64,000 nucleotides of DNA, taken from an uncultured Clostridium sp. (GTDB taxonomy: Bacteria > Bacillota > Clostridia > TANB77 > CAG-508). Within the stretch, counting starts at the first letter, position 1. The number at the start of each line of letters is the position of its first letter. The stretch is from positions 535-64,534 of the forward strand of contig USBY01000008.1 of the NCBI GenBank assembly GCA_900553015.1. The letters run 5' to 3'. Positions 1 to 9,168 of the stretch are shown piece by piece. The notes below the pieces were generated by a model, which saw only the letters and a program-made list of their open reading frames with translations, was not told the origin of the DNA and searched no databases. The position numbers were made by a program, and so were the translations under genes.

Positions 1-435
1 TTATTTAGTGCAAAACAAGAAATTTGTCCGATAGATATAGATACTAGAAAAATTAGAAAGATTGATACAATCAAATATCCAAAAGATATGGAAACAAAAA
101 ATGCATTTGATGAAGAACCATATTCTAAATTAAAAGAAGAATTTACAGAAGATGATTTTGTATACGAACAAAAAATATATTCATCAGATATTGACTTTAG
201 TAGACATACAAACAATGCAGTTTATGTAAGGCTTATATCAAATGTTTTGTCTTGTGATTTCCTTGACAAAAATCAAATAACAGATTTTGAAATTCATTAT
301 ATTAATGAATCAACAGAAGGACAAAGCTTAAAGATTTATAGAAAAGAAAGAAAACAAGAGATTGAATTTTTGATAAAAAAAGATGATGTAGAAATTGCAA
401 GAGCTATTTTGAAATATAAAGGTAAAAATAATTAA
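1..435 (+). CDS. acyl-ACP thioesterase, C-terminal part (5' end outside window)
   Basis: Frame 1 is open from nt 1 to TAA 433-435; track ORF 88-435 is its in-frame tail. DFSRHTNNAVYVRLI resembles the second hotdog half of acyl-ACP thioesterases. Confidence 0.55.
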   Translation, partial: LFSAKQEICPIDIDTRKIRKIDTIKYPKDMETKNAFDEEPYSKLKEEFTEDDFVYEQKIYSSDIDFSRHTNNAVYVRLISNVLSCDFLDKNQITDFEIHYINESTEGQSLKIYRKERKQEIEFLIKKDDVEIARAILKYKGKNN

Positions 436-447
436 TTGGTGGTGCAT

Positions 448-1293
448 ATGAAAACTGGATTATTGTTAGAAGGCGGAGCAATGAGAGGCTTATATACAGC
501 AGGAGTACTTGATGTTTTTATGGATAATAACATAAAAATTGATGGTATTGTAGGAGTATCTGCTGGAGCATTATTTGGAATGAATTATAAATCAAAGCAA
601 ATAGGGAGAGTATTAAGATATAACAAAAAATATGCTGGAAATAGAAATTATATGGGGTTATATTCATTTCTAACAACAGGAAATATAATGAATGAAGATT
701 TTTGCTTTAAAAGAATTGTAAATGAACTTGATCCAATAGATTATGAAACCTTTAAGAAAACAGATGTTGATTTTTATGCAGTTGTAACTAATATAGAAAC
801 AGGAAAAGCAGAATATGTAAAAATAGATGATTTAAAAGATAAGAATAACTTGGAAATACTAAGAGCATCTGGGTCTATGCCATTTGTATCTAAACCAGTA
901 GTAGTAAATAATAAAAGATATTTAGATGGAGGTATTGCAGATAGCATACCAATAGATAAAATAATGAGTATGGGATTTGATAGAATAATTGTTGTTCTAA
1001 CAAGACCTAGTGATTATAGAAAGAAAAAAACTAATCAAGCATTTCCAAAAATTTATTATAGAAAATATCCAAATTTTGCTAAAACAATAAATGAGAGATA
1101 TAAAAAATATAATGAAGAACTCGATAAAATTTCAGAATTAGAGAAAAATGATAAGATTTGTGTTATTAGACCATCTAAATTAGTAAAAATAAAAAGAATA
1201 GAAAAAGACAGTGATAAACTTCAAGAAATGTATGATTTGGGAAAAAAGGATACATTAGAATTATTAGATAAAATAAAAAGCTTTATAAATTAG
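448..1293 (+). CDS. patatin-like phospholipase family protein
   Basis: ATG 448 preferred over TTG 436. GGAMRG oxyanion motif, GVSAG (GxSxG) serine, and DGG in YLDGGIADSIP. Confidence 0.85.
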   Translation: MKTGLLLEGGAMRGLYTAGVLDVFMDNNIKIDGIVGVSAGALFGMNYKSKQIGRVLRYNKKYAGNRNYMGLYSFLTTGNIMNEDFCFKRIVNELDPIDYETFKKTDVDFYAVVTNIETGKAEYVKIDDLKDKNNLEILRASGSMPFVSKPVVVNNKRYLDGGIADSIPIDKIMSMGFDRIIVVLTRPSDYRKKKTNQAFPKIYYRKYPNFAKTINERYKKYNEELDKISELEKNDKICVIRPSKLVKIKRIEKDSDKLQEMYDLGKKDTLELLDKIKSFIN

Positions 1294-1338
1294 AAATTAA
1301 TAATAAACAAATTAATAGCAAATAAATCATTAAGAAAA

Positions 1339-1373
1339 GCATGTAATTTACGTTGAAAATTATGTGCTTTTTT
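1339..1373 (+). terminator. rho-independent terminator after patatin gene
   Basis: GCATGTAATTT / AAATTATGTGC stem (two G-U pairs) followed by T6. Confidence 0.6.
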
Positions 1374-1426
1374 GATAATATGAAGGTATAATTATAAAGA
1401 GTAATTTATAAGGAGAACTTTAAAGT

Positions 1427-1867
1427 ATGAAAAGGAAAATAATTATTATAAGTTTAGTTGTTATATTTCTTATATTAGCAATAGTATTATTGATGAATCT
1501 AAATAAAAATAGTAAAAAAGATATCAACGAAATTTTAGTACAGAAAAAAATTTATAACTATCCATATTTAACAGTAATAGAAATAGATATGAATGGAGAT
1601 ATTTTAAGGAGTAAGATAATTGATGAATTAACTTTGGAAGGTAAGCCACAGCATAACTTTTCTAAAATCGGAACTACTTCTGAAGAAGAGTTAATTACAA
1701 TAAAAAATATTATTGAAGAAATGAAAAAAGAAACATTGAAAAGCTCCAATTTTTCTGAAAATTATGGAATATCAGTAAATATAGGAGAAGATACGCTATA
1801 CGGAGGAGAATATTTCTCACAGGAGGAGGTTGATAAATTAAATGCCATTATACAGAAATATGAATGA
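1427..1867 (+). CDS. hypothetical membrane-anchored protein
   Basis: RBS AAGGAGA upstream; N-terminal hydrophobic helix IIIISLVVIFLILAIVLL; no recognisable domain. Confidence 0.5.
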   Translation: MKRKIIIISLVVIFLILAIVLLMNLNKNSKKDINEILVQKKIYNYPYLTVIEIDMNGDILRSKIIDELTLEGKPQHNFSKIGTTSEEELITIKNIIEEMKKETLKSSNFSENYGISVNIGEDTLYGGEYFSQEEVDKLNAIIQKYE

Positions 1868-1921
1868 TTTTATAATTTAAACAATATAAAATAGGTTTAG
1901 CAACAAATTTACAATAAATAT

Positions 1922-1950
1922 TTGACAAATACGGAAAAAGGCAATATAAT
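1922..1950 (+). promoter_or_regulatory. sigma-A type promoter for the pheST leader
   Basis: TTGACA (1922-1927), 17 nt spacer, TATAAT (1945-1950). Confidence 0.7.
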
Positions 1951-1956
1951 CTAGAA

Positions 1957-2182
1957 GACTAATAAATGTTGACGAAGAAATTATCAAAGTAGTTAATATG
2001 TAAATCTAACCAGGGAATTGTAGCCATAGACTGTAAGCTACAGTAGAAAGACATATTAACGAATTTCAATAATGGAGTCAAATCGTGTAAGAGCGTTAAT
2101 CTGTAATGAGGTAGTAGAGATACTATAAAAAAAGGTGGTACCACGAGCAAATCGTCCTTTTAGGATGATTGCTCGTTTTTTG
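1957..2182 (+). promoter_or_regulatory. T-box leader (Phe specifier) with intrinsic terminator
   Basis: T-box sequence AAAGGTGGTACCACG at 2131-2145 overlaps hairpin CGAGCAAATCGTCC/GGATGATTGCTCG plus T6. Candidate UUC-A specifier at 2065-2068. Located upstream of pheS. Confidence 0.8.
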
Positions 2183-2200
2183 ATTTTAAGACCACATACA

Positions 2201-2300
2201 AATAGGAAAATAGGGAGTATGGAATAGGGAAATAGGGACGTTCCTTAAATCCCTATTCGAAAACAAAAAAGGGAAAAAAAGAACGTCCCCAAATCCCTTA
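2201..2300. repeat. long-form copy of dispersed hairpin repeat (two inverted 33-bp units)
   Basis: Unit ATAGGGAAATAGGGACGTTCCTTAAATCCCTAT at 2224-2256; inverted partner GGGAAAAAAAGAACGTCCCCAAATCCCTTA at 2271-2300. Near-identical to 52055-52140. Confidence 0.85.
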
Positions 2301-2315
2301 GAAAGGAAAAGGTTT

Positions 2316-3353
2316 ATGAAAGAGAAATTAGAAGAAATCAAAACAAAAGGTTTAGAGAAAATTAAAAACGTAAAGACTATCGCTGAACTTGAAGAAGTCA
2401 GAAAAGAATTAACTGGTAAAAAAAGCGGATTATCAGAAGTTTTAAAATCTATGAAAGATTTACCAGTAGAAGAGAAAAAGACAATTGGAATGATGGCAAC
2501 AGAGATAAAAAATACATTTTTAAGTAATTTACAAGAAAAAGAAGAAGAAATAATTGCTTCTATGAGCGTATTAGATGAACCAATTGATTTAACTATTCCT
2601 GGTAAAAAGGTAAGTGGAGGAGCACTTCATCCAATAACTCAAATGAAACATGACTTAAATGATGCATTCTTATCTTTAGGCTTTGAAGTATTCAACGAAG
2701 ATGATATAAGTAGTGAAAAATATGCATTTGATAATTTGAACTTTGCTAAAAACCATCCTGCACGTCAATCTATGGACACATATTGGCTTGAAGGAACAGA
2801 AGATAAAGAAGGTGCAGAAAGATTATGCTTAAGACCACATTTAACAGGTGGTTCTGTAAGATATTTACTAAAACATGGAGCACCAGCAAGATTTGTATAT
2901 CCAGGAGAAGTATATAGAAATGAAACAACTGATGCTAGACATGAAAGAGCATTCTTCCAATATGAAGCATTAATAGTTGATAAAGATATATCTTTTTCAT
3001 CAGGTATGGTTATGATTCAAACAATCTTAGAAAAAGTTTTTGGAAGAAAAATAAAAACAAGAATGAGAGAAGGATTCTTCCCATTTACAGAGCCAGGATA
3101 TGAAATAGATATGGAATGTTTAGTATGTGGGGGAAAAGGATGTAAAGTATGTAATCATAATGGATGGATAGAAGTTATGCCAGGTGGTGTAATTCATCCA
3201 AATGTATTAAAATCAGCAGGATTAGATCCAGACATATGGACAGGATTCTATATTAATATTGGATTAGATAGATTAGTAATGATGAGATATGGAGTAGATG
3301 ATGTACGTTTATTCCATAGTGGAGATTTAAGATTTTTAAAACAATTTAAATAG
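2316..3353 (+). CDS. pheS: phenylalanine--tRNA ligase alpha subunit
   Basis: 345 aa. Class II aaRS motifs (FFPFTEPG, NIGLDRLVMM). Phe T-box upstream and pheT immediately downstream. Confidence 0.97.
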   Translation: MKEKLEEIKTKGLEKIKNVKTIAELEEVRKELTGKKSGLSEVLKSMKDLPVEEKKTIGMMATEIKNTFLSNLQEKEEEIIASMSVLDEPIDLTIPGKKVSGGALHPITQMKHDLNDAFLSLGFEVFNEDDISSEKYAFDNLNFAKNHPARQSMDTYWLEGTEDKEGAERLCLRPHLTGGSVRYLLKHGAPARFVYPGEVYRNETTDARHERAFFQYEALIVDKDISFSSGMVMIQTILEKVFGRKIKTRMREGFFPFTEPGYEIDMECLVCGGKGCKVCNHNGWIEVMPGGVIHPNVLKSAGLDPDIWTGFYINIGLDRLVMMRYGVDDVRLFHSGDLRFLKQFK

Positions 3354-3367
3354 AAAGGATTTTGAAT

Positions 3368-5785
3368 ATGAAAGTATCATTAAATTTAATTAGAAAATAT
3401 GTTGATTTACCTGAAGGTTTAACTGATGAACAAATTGCCTATGATATGACACTTCGAACAGTAGAAGTAGAAGAAGTAGAAAATACTGCAAAGAAGTTTC
3501 ATGACATAGTTGTAGGAGAAATTTTAGAAGTAAAAGAACATCCAAATGCTGATAAATTAAGAATATGTATGGTAGATATTGGAGAAGAAGAACCTGTACA
3601 AATCGTATGTGGTGGTTCTAACCTTTATGTTGGAGAACATGTAGTAGTATCAAAACCAGGAGCAGAAGTTGTTTGGCATGGTCAAGGAGAACCTGTTAAA
3701 ATAACAAAAACAAAAATGAGAGGAGAAAGCTCTTATGGAATGATTTGTGCTTCTACAGAAGTATATTTAAGTGATTTCTTCCCAAATGAAGGTGAAGAAG
3801 AAATAGTTGATTTAAAAGAATTTGATTGCAAGCCAGGAGACAGTGTTGCAGATTTATTTGGAATGAATGATACAGTATTAGAAATAGATAATAAATCTTT
3901 ATCTAATAGACCAGATTTATGGGGACATTATGGAATTGCAAGAGAATTATCAGCTATATATGATGCACCATTAAAAGAATTACCAAAATACGAATTACCT
4001 AAAGTTCCAGAATACAGTGTAGAAATAAAAGATACAACTAAATGTAATAGATATGTAGCTGTAGAAATAGATGGTATATATGAAAAACAATCTCCAATGT
4101 GGATGCAATCATTATTATCAAAAGTAGGTCAAAGACCAATAAATGCTATTGTAGATATTACAAATTATGTAATGATGGCAGTAGGTCAACCACTTCATGC
4201 TTTTGACAAAACACATGTAAGTGGAGAAAAAATAATAGTAAGAAATGCCAAAGAAAATGAAAAATTATTATTATTAGATAATAACTTTATCGAGCTTTCA
4301 ACAGACGATTTAGTAATATGTGATGAAAGTGATGCAATGGCATTAGCAGGAATTAAAGGTGGTAAAAAAGATTCTATTCTACCAGATACAAAAGGAGTTG
4401 TATTAGAAGTAGCAAACTTCTCTGCAGATACAGTTAGACAAACAGATAAAAAATTTGCAGAAAAAACAGAAGCTTCAATGAGATTTGAAAAAGGTGTTGA
4501 TACACAAAGAGTAGATGAAGGATTAAATTTAGCATTAAGATTAATTAAAGAAATATTCCCAGATAGCAAAATAATTAAATATGCAGATGTTTATCCAAAC
4601 GAAACTAAAAAGAATGAAATAAAAGTAAGTGAAAAATTCTTGGATACAAGATTAGGAAAGAAGATACCACAAGAGAAGATTGAACAAATTTTAACAGCTC
4701 TTGGATATGAAATATCATTAAATAATGGAGAATATGATGTAATAGTTCCAACATGGAGATCAACAGGTGACGTTACAATTAAAGATGACGTTATGGGAGA
4801 TATTGCAAGAATACTAAGCTTTGATAGTTTTGAAGCAAAACCAATTACTATAACTTTTGAACATTCTGTAAAACAAAATGATGTTTTACTTGAAAGAAGA
4901 ATTAAAGAATATTTAGCATATAGATGCGGATTTTATGAAATTTTCACATATCCATGGATTGAAGAAAAATATATTAAAGCAGCAGGAATAGATATGGAAA
5001 AATCTTTAAAATTAGCAACTCCACCAGCACCAGATTTAGCATATTTAAGAAGTTCTTTAATACCAGGAATGTTAGAAGCAGTTGCTAAAAACTTAAGATA
5101 CTATGATGAATTTAGATTATTTGATTGTGAAGAAGTTTATGAAAAAGGTGATTATAGACCATCTTCAGAAGATGAAATTTTACCAATTCAAAAGAATTAT
5201 TTAACTGGATGTATAGTTGGAAAAGATGCTAAAGAAATATTCTATGAAGCAAAAGGTGTAATTGAAAATATGGCTGAATACTGCCATATGGAAGAACTTA
5301 AATTAGAAAAAATGGAGAAGCCATATTGGGCAGATGTTAATGCATACTTAAATGTAGTTAAAGGTAATGAAGTAATTGGAACATTAGGATTAGTTTCAGT
5401 TAAAGTAATGGCAGATACTAAAATAAAAAGAACTAATGTAGCAATGTTTGAAATAAATACAGAAAAATTTGTCCCATATGCTTCAAGAACAAATGAATAT
5501 GAAAGACTACCAGAACTACCATTAGTAGAAAAAGACTTATCAATTATAGTTGATGAAGAAATTACATGGAAACAAATTGAAGAAAACATCAAAGCAAAAG
5601 TTAAAGAAATTGAATTTGTAGATGAGTATAGAGGAAATCAAATTCCAGAAGGTAAAAAATCAATTACATTAAAAGTAAAAATACTTAATGAAGGAACAAC
5701 TATGACATCAGAACAAATAAATGAGAAAATGAATAGTATATTAAAAACACTAGACAAGAGATGTGGAGCTAAACTAAGAGATTAA
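3368..5785 (+). CDS. pheT: phenylalanine--tRNA ligase beta subunit
   Basis: ATG 3368 (track ORF starts two codons earlier at TTG 3362). 805 aa with an N-terminal tRNA-binding domain (HPNADKL) and a typical PheT C-terminal region. Confidence 0.97.
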   Translation: MKVSLNLIRKYVDLPEGLTDEQIAYDMTLRTVEVEEVENTAKKFHDIVVGEILEVKEHPNADKLRICMVDIGEEEPVQIVCGGSNLYVGEHVVVSKPGAEVVWHGQGEPVKITKTKMRGESSYGMICASTEVYLSDFFPNEGEEEIVDLKEFDCKPGDSVADLFGMNDTVLEIDNKSLSNRPDLWGHYGIARELSAIYDAPLKELPKYELPKVPEYSVEIKDTTKCNRYVAVEIDGIYEKQSPMWMQSLLSKVGQRPINAIVDITNYVMMAVGQPLHAFDKTHVSGEKIIVRNAKENEKLLLLDNNFIELSTDDLVICDESDAMALAGIKGGKKDSILPDTKGVVLEVANFSADTVRQTDKKFAEKTEASMRFEKGVDTQRVDEGLNLALRLIKEIFPDSKIIKYADVYPNETKKNEIKVSEKFLDTRLGKKIPQEKIEQILTALGYEISLNNGEYDVIVPTWRSTGDVTIKDDVMGDIARILSFDSFEAKPITITFEHSVKQNDVLLERRIKEYLAYRCGFYEIFTYPWIEEKYIKAAGIDMEKSLKLATPPAPDLAYLRSSLIPGMLEAVAKNLRYYDEFRLFDCEEVYEKGDYRPSSEDEILPIQKNYLTGCIVGKDAKEIFYEAKGVIENMAEYCHMEELKLEKMEKPYWADVNAYLNVVKGNEVIGTLGLVSVKVMADTKIKRTNVAMFEINTEKFVPYASRTNEYERLPELPLVEKDLSIIVDEEITWKQIEENIKAKVKEIEFVDEYRGNQIPEGKKSITLKVKILNEGTTMTSEQINEKMNSILKTLDKRCGAKLRD

Positions 5786-5866
5786 TGAAATTTAGGGACG
5801 GAGCTTAAAGTTCATTGGTGGACATAAAATAGAATGCTAAAAATAAAGAACTATATTAAATTATAA

Positions 5867-5898
5867 AGACTTACCAGAAATGGTAGGTCTTTTATTTT
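5867..5898 (+). terminator. rho-independent terminator after pheT
   Basis: 10-bp stem AGACTTACCA / TGGTAGGTCT with GAAA tetraloop, then TTTTATTTT. Confidence 0.8.
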
Positions 5899-5918
5899 GG
5901 ACAAAATAATTATAAAAA

Positions 5919-5949
5919 TGTTACTTTTTTTATAAAATTATCAATATAA
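5919..5949 (+). promoter_or_regulatory. candidate ECF-type promoter of sigma gene 5994
   Basis: TGTTAC, 17 nt, CAATATAA. The same architecture (TGTAAC, 17 nt, AACTATAA) precedes the paralogous sigma gene at 38132-38162. Confidence 0.5.
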
Positions 5950-5993
5950 AGATGTAAGATATCTTAAAGTAAAAAAAGGAGTTTAGATCTAAA

Positions 5994-6521
5994 GTGAGCA
6001 AAGATAAAGAAATAAAACAATATATAAAAAATAATGAACTTGATTTAGAAAAAATAATAAATGAATATTCATCTTATATAGCCACTATTATAAATAACAT
6101 GGCAAGTGCTTTAAGTAACGAAGATAAAGAAGAGATTATTTCTGAAGTGTTTTTTATACTATGGAAAAATAAACACAAATTAGATATTAACAAAAATTTA
6201 AGTTCGTATATTGCGGGAATAACAAGAAACTTGGTAAAAGAATATTTAAGAAAAATTAAAATTGATGTAGATATTTCTGATTATGAAAATAGTTTGTATA
6301 GTTATGATAAAATTGATTTTCTTGATACTGAGATACAAGAAATTAGGAATATAGAAAAGAAACTAGAAAACATGAAAGAAATTGATAAAACAATATTTTT
6401 AGATTTTTATTATTCTTCTAAATCAATTAAGGATATAGCTATAGAACATAATATTTCTGAATTTAGTGTAAAGCAAAGGCTATACAGAATTAGAAATAAA
6501 ATAAAGAAAGAGGTTAGATAA
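5994..6521 (+). CDS. ECF-type RNA polymerase sigma factor (sigma-70 family)
   Basis: GTG start 8 nt after GGAG. Region 2-like FFILWKN..YIAGITRNL and a C-terminal region 4 HTH (SIKDIAIEHNISEFSVKQRLYRIR). Paralog of 38199-38744. Confidence 0.8.
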   Translation: MSKDKEIKQYIKNNELDLEKIINEYSSYIATIINNMASALSNEDKEEIISEVFFILWKNKHKLDINKNLSSYIAGITRNLVKEYLRKIKIDVDISDYENSLYSYDKIDFLDTEIQEIRNIEKKLENMKEIDKTIFLDFYYSSKSIKDIAIEHNISEFSVKQRLYRIRNKIKKEVR

Positions 6522-6522
6522 T

Positions 6523-7593
6523 ATGGATAATTATAAAATTTTAGAAAAAGTAAAATTAAAAATAGCTATATCCAATGTAAAAGAGGAGGATATAGTTATG
6601 AATAAAAATAAATTTAATGTTATTAAAAAAATTGGAATAGCTGCATGTGCTGCACTTTCTATGACAGGAGTAGTATTTGCTACAACTCAAATTATTAATA
6701 AGTTTGGGAAAAATAGTAGTGATGGAGTCCAAACAGCTATTAATAATGCATATTATAGTGATGTAAATACAGAATATAAAGAAGCTAATGGTATTAGCGC
6801 AAATATAGAATCTTTTTTACTAGATGACTATAATTTTGACATAACTATAAATATAAAATTTGATGAAATTTATAATTTGTCAAATATGCTATCAAAAGAA
6901 GCAAAAATAGATATAATGGACTTGAAGGTAGTAAATGAAAATAATGAAAAAGTCTTTGCAACAAGAGAACTAGAATCAGAAGAAATGACATCATTATATG
7001 AAACAGAGGAAGAAGCAAAAGCAAATTATGACAGTTATACTGGTGGATATAGTCAAGCAAGTGAGAAAATAGATGAACACGACCTAAAATTTTATTTAAC
7101 TGCTACAGGTAATGAAAAAGAATTTCCTGAATCTAAAAAATTAATAGTAACTTTTAATAAAATAAGAAATAAATATTGGGAGAACGGAGAAGAAAAATCT
7201 ATTATTTATAATGGTGAATGGAGCTACGAAATAGATGTACCTACTAAAATGTCTAAATCAAATATTATAGACTATAAGCTTGTTTCTATTAGTGATCAAA
7301 ATTATAAATTTGAAAGTGCTAAAGTCTCAAATACTGCTTTTAGAATATATTTAGATAATTGCAAAGACATTGCGTGGAGTGAAAAAGAGTATGTGGAAAC
7401 AGCTGATGGAACTAAATATTATCCTGCACATAGATCAGATGGAGATGGCGAAATAAGCGTTAAAGAAGATGGAACAGTAACATACTATAATACTTTTAAT
7501 TTAACAAATTATGATGCAACAGATACGTTAAAAGTGCATTTGTTTAAAACAACTGGTGAAGAAGTTGTTATAGAGTTGGAAAAAGAAGAATAA
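6523..7593 (+). CDS. putative anti-sigma factor, single-pass membrane protein
   Basis: Starts 1 nt after the sigma stop. Short cytoplasmic N-terminus (LEKVKLKIAISN, shared with 38734 paralog), TM helix IGIAACAALSMTGVVFA, large external domain. Confidence 0.6.
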   Translation: MDNYKILEKVKLKIAISNVKEEDIVMNKNKFNVIKKIGIAACAALSMTGVVFATTQIINKFGKNSSDGVQTAINNAYYSDVNTEYKEANGISANIESFLLDDYNFDITINIKFDEIYNLSNMLSKEAKIDIMDLKVVNENNEKVFATRELESEEMTSLYETEEEAKANYDSYTGGYSQASEKIDEHDLKFYLTATGNEKEFPESKKLIVTFNKIRNKYWENGEEKSIIYNGEWSYEIDVPTKMSKSNIIDYKLVSISDQNYKFESAKVSNTAFRIYLDNCKDIAWSEKEYVETADGTKYYPAHRSDGDGEISVKEDGTVTYYNTFNLTNYDATDTLKVHLFKTTGEEVVIELEKEE

Positions 7594-7613
7594 TGAAAGA
7601 TGAGTAAAGCATG

Positions 7614-7646
7614 AGACTTACTAGAAATGGTAGGTCTCGTTTTTTT
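7614..7646 (+). terminator. rho-independent terminator after anti-sigma gene
   Basis: AGACTTACTAGAAATGGTAGGTCT hairpin plus T-run; 23/24 identical to the hairpin at 5867-5890. Confidence 0.8.
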
Positions 7647-7750
7647 ATTAATATGTGAAACTTACGTGAAATCTTGGCTATAGCTGTTGATTTTAGCAAA
7701 GAAAAATAATAAACTATATTTCATATAGGAAAACTAAATGGAGGAGTAAA

Positions 7751-8554
7751 ATGCTTGGTAATATAGTCACAAATCCTAATTTATTAGAAGATACAGATAA
7801 AAGATATTATAGAGAATGTTACTGTGGGCTATGTAAATCATTACAAAAAGAACACAAAAACATAAGCAGATTTACATTAAACTATGATATGACATTCTTA
7901 ATAATATTATTAAATGAAGTTTATAAAGAAAATAACGAAAAATTAGAATGTAGATGTATGATGCATCCTGTAAATAAACATACTTATATTAAGGGGAAAT
8001 TTGTAGACTATGTAGCAGATATGAATATCTTATTAGCCTATTATAATTTACTTGATGATTGGCAAGATGATAAAAATGTTTTGGCTAATTGTTATGCAAA
8101 ATTAATAAAAAAGAGTTTTAAAAAAATATGTAAGAAATATCCTAAAAAAGCTGAAACTGTGCAGAATTCTTTAAAAGAATTAAATGACTTAGAAACTAAA
8201 AACATTATAAATCCAGATTTATCAGCACAATGTAGTGGCAAATTATTTGGAGAAATTTTTGCACCATTTGAAGATAAACAAGAAGAAAAATTAAGAAATT
8301 TCGGAAACTCACTAGGAAAGTTTATATACATTTTAGATGCTTGTATAGATTTTGAAAAAGATATAAAAAAGAAGAGGTATAATCCATTAATTACAAATTC
8401 AAAAACAGAATTTGATGATATGCTTAATTTACTTTTAGCAGATTGTGTAGAAAAATATAAGGAGCTAAATATTTCAAATAAAATAATTGAAAACATTCTA
8501 TATTCAGGTATATGGACAAAATATGAAATACATAAAAAGAAGGGAGAAAAATAG
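7751..8554 (+). CDS. uncharacterised protein, DUF5685-like
   Basis: RBS GGAGGAG. N-terminal cysteine motif ECYCGLCKSL. Abuts the next gene (TAG then ATG). Confidence 0.55.
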   Translation: MLGNIVTNPNLLEDTDKRYYRECYCGLCKSLQKEHKNISRFTLNYDMTFLIILLNEVYKENNEKLECRCMMHPVNKHTYIKGKFVDYVADMNILLAYYNLLDDWQDDKNVLANCYAKLIKKSFKKICKKYPKKAETVQNSLKELNDLETKNIINPDLSAQCSGKLFGEIFAPFEDKQEEKLRNFGNSLGKFIYILDACIDFEKDIKKKRYNPLITNSKTEFDDMLNLLLADCVEKYKELNISNKIIENILYSGIWTKYEIHKKKGEK

Positions 8555-9154
8555 ATGATACAAAATCCTTACGAAGTATTAGGACTATCATATGGAGCAA
8601 CAGACGAAGATGTTACAAAAGCATATAGAAAATTAGTAAAAAAATATCATCCAGATTTACATCCAGGAGATGAAGAAGCAGCAAAGAAAATGAGGGAAAT
8701 AAATGAAGCATATGATCAAATAAAAAATGGTACTGCAAATCAATATAATGGCTATTCGGGGGGACAAAATAATTCATATAGTAGTAATAGTGGAAGTACA
8801 AATCTTTATCAAGTAGCAAGCCATTTCATACAAACTGGAATGTATAGAGAAGCTCTTAGAGTACTTTCCGAAATTCAAGATAGAACCGCGGAATGGTATT
8901 ATTTAAGTAGTATTGCAAATTATTATACAGGTAATAGAATAACAGCTTTAAACCATGCAAAAATGGCTGTACAAATGGAACCTAATAATTTAAGATATCA
9001 AGAATTGTTACAACAATTGCAAGGTGGAGGAAATGTATATAGAGAGCAAAGCAGAGCATATGGAAGACCATTTAATATGGATAATATATGTTTTTGGTGG
9101 TGTTTGGCAGATACAATTTGTAATTGTTGTTGTGGTCCAAGATTTATATGTTAA
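8555..9154 (+). CDS. J-domain protein with TPR-like middle and Cys-rich C-terminal tail
   Basis: PYEVLGL...[13 protein letters not shown] (HPD motif). Tail [20 protein letters not shown]. Confidence 0.85.
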   Translation: MIQNPYEVLGLSYGATDEDVTKAYRKLVKKYHPDLHPGDEEAAKKMREINEAYDQIKNGTANQYNGYSGGQNNSYSSNSGSTNLYQVASHFIQTGMYREALRVLSEIQDRTAEWYYLSSIANYYTGNRITALNHAKMAVQMEPNNLRYQELLQQLQGGGNVYREQSRAYGRPFNMDNICFWWCLADTICNCCCGPRFIC

Positions 9155-9168
9155 AGGAGGAATGTGTA

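Noticed and set aside
4195-4569. Antisense ORFs in the track that lie wholly inside well-supported genes. Examples: 4195-4569, 5242-5592, 8092-8496, 14077-14475, 18140-18610, 22390-22866, 25913-26263, 51277-51855, 60209-60616, 63180-63542.
   Set aside because: They have no RBS or promoter context and low-complexity S/F/I/L-rich translations. Such ORFs are typical of the reverse strand of AT-rich coding sequence, and the opposite strand carries recognisable protein families.
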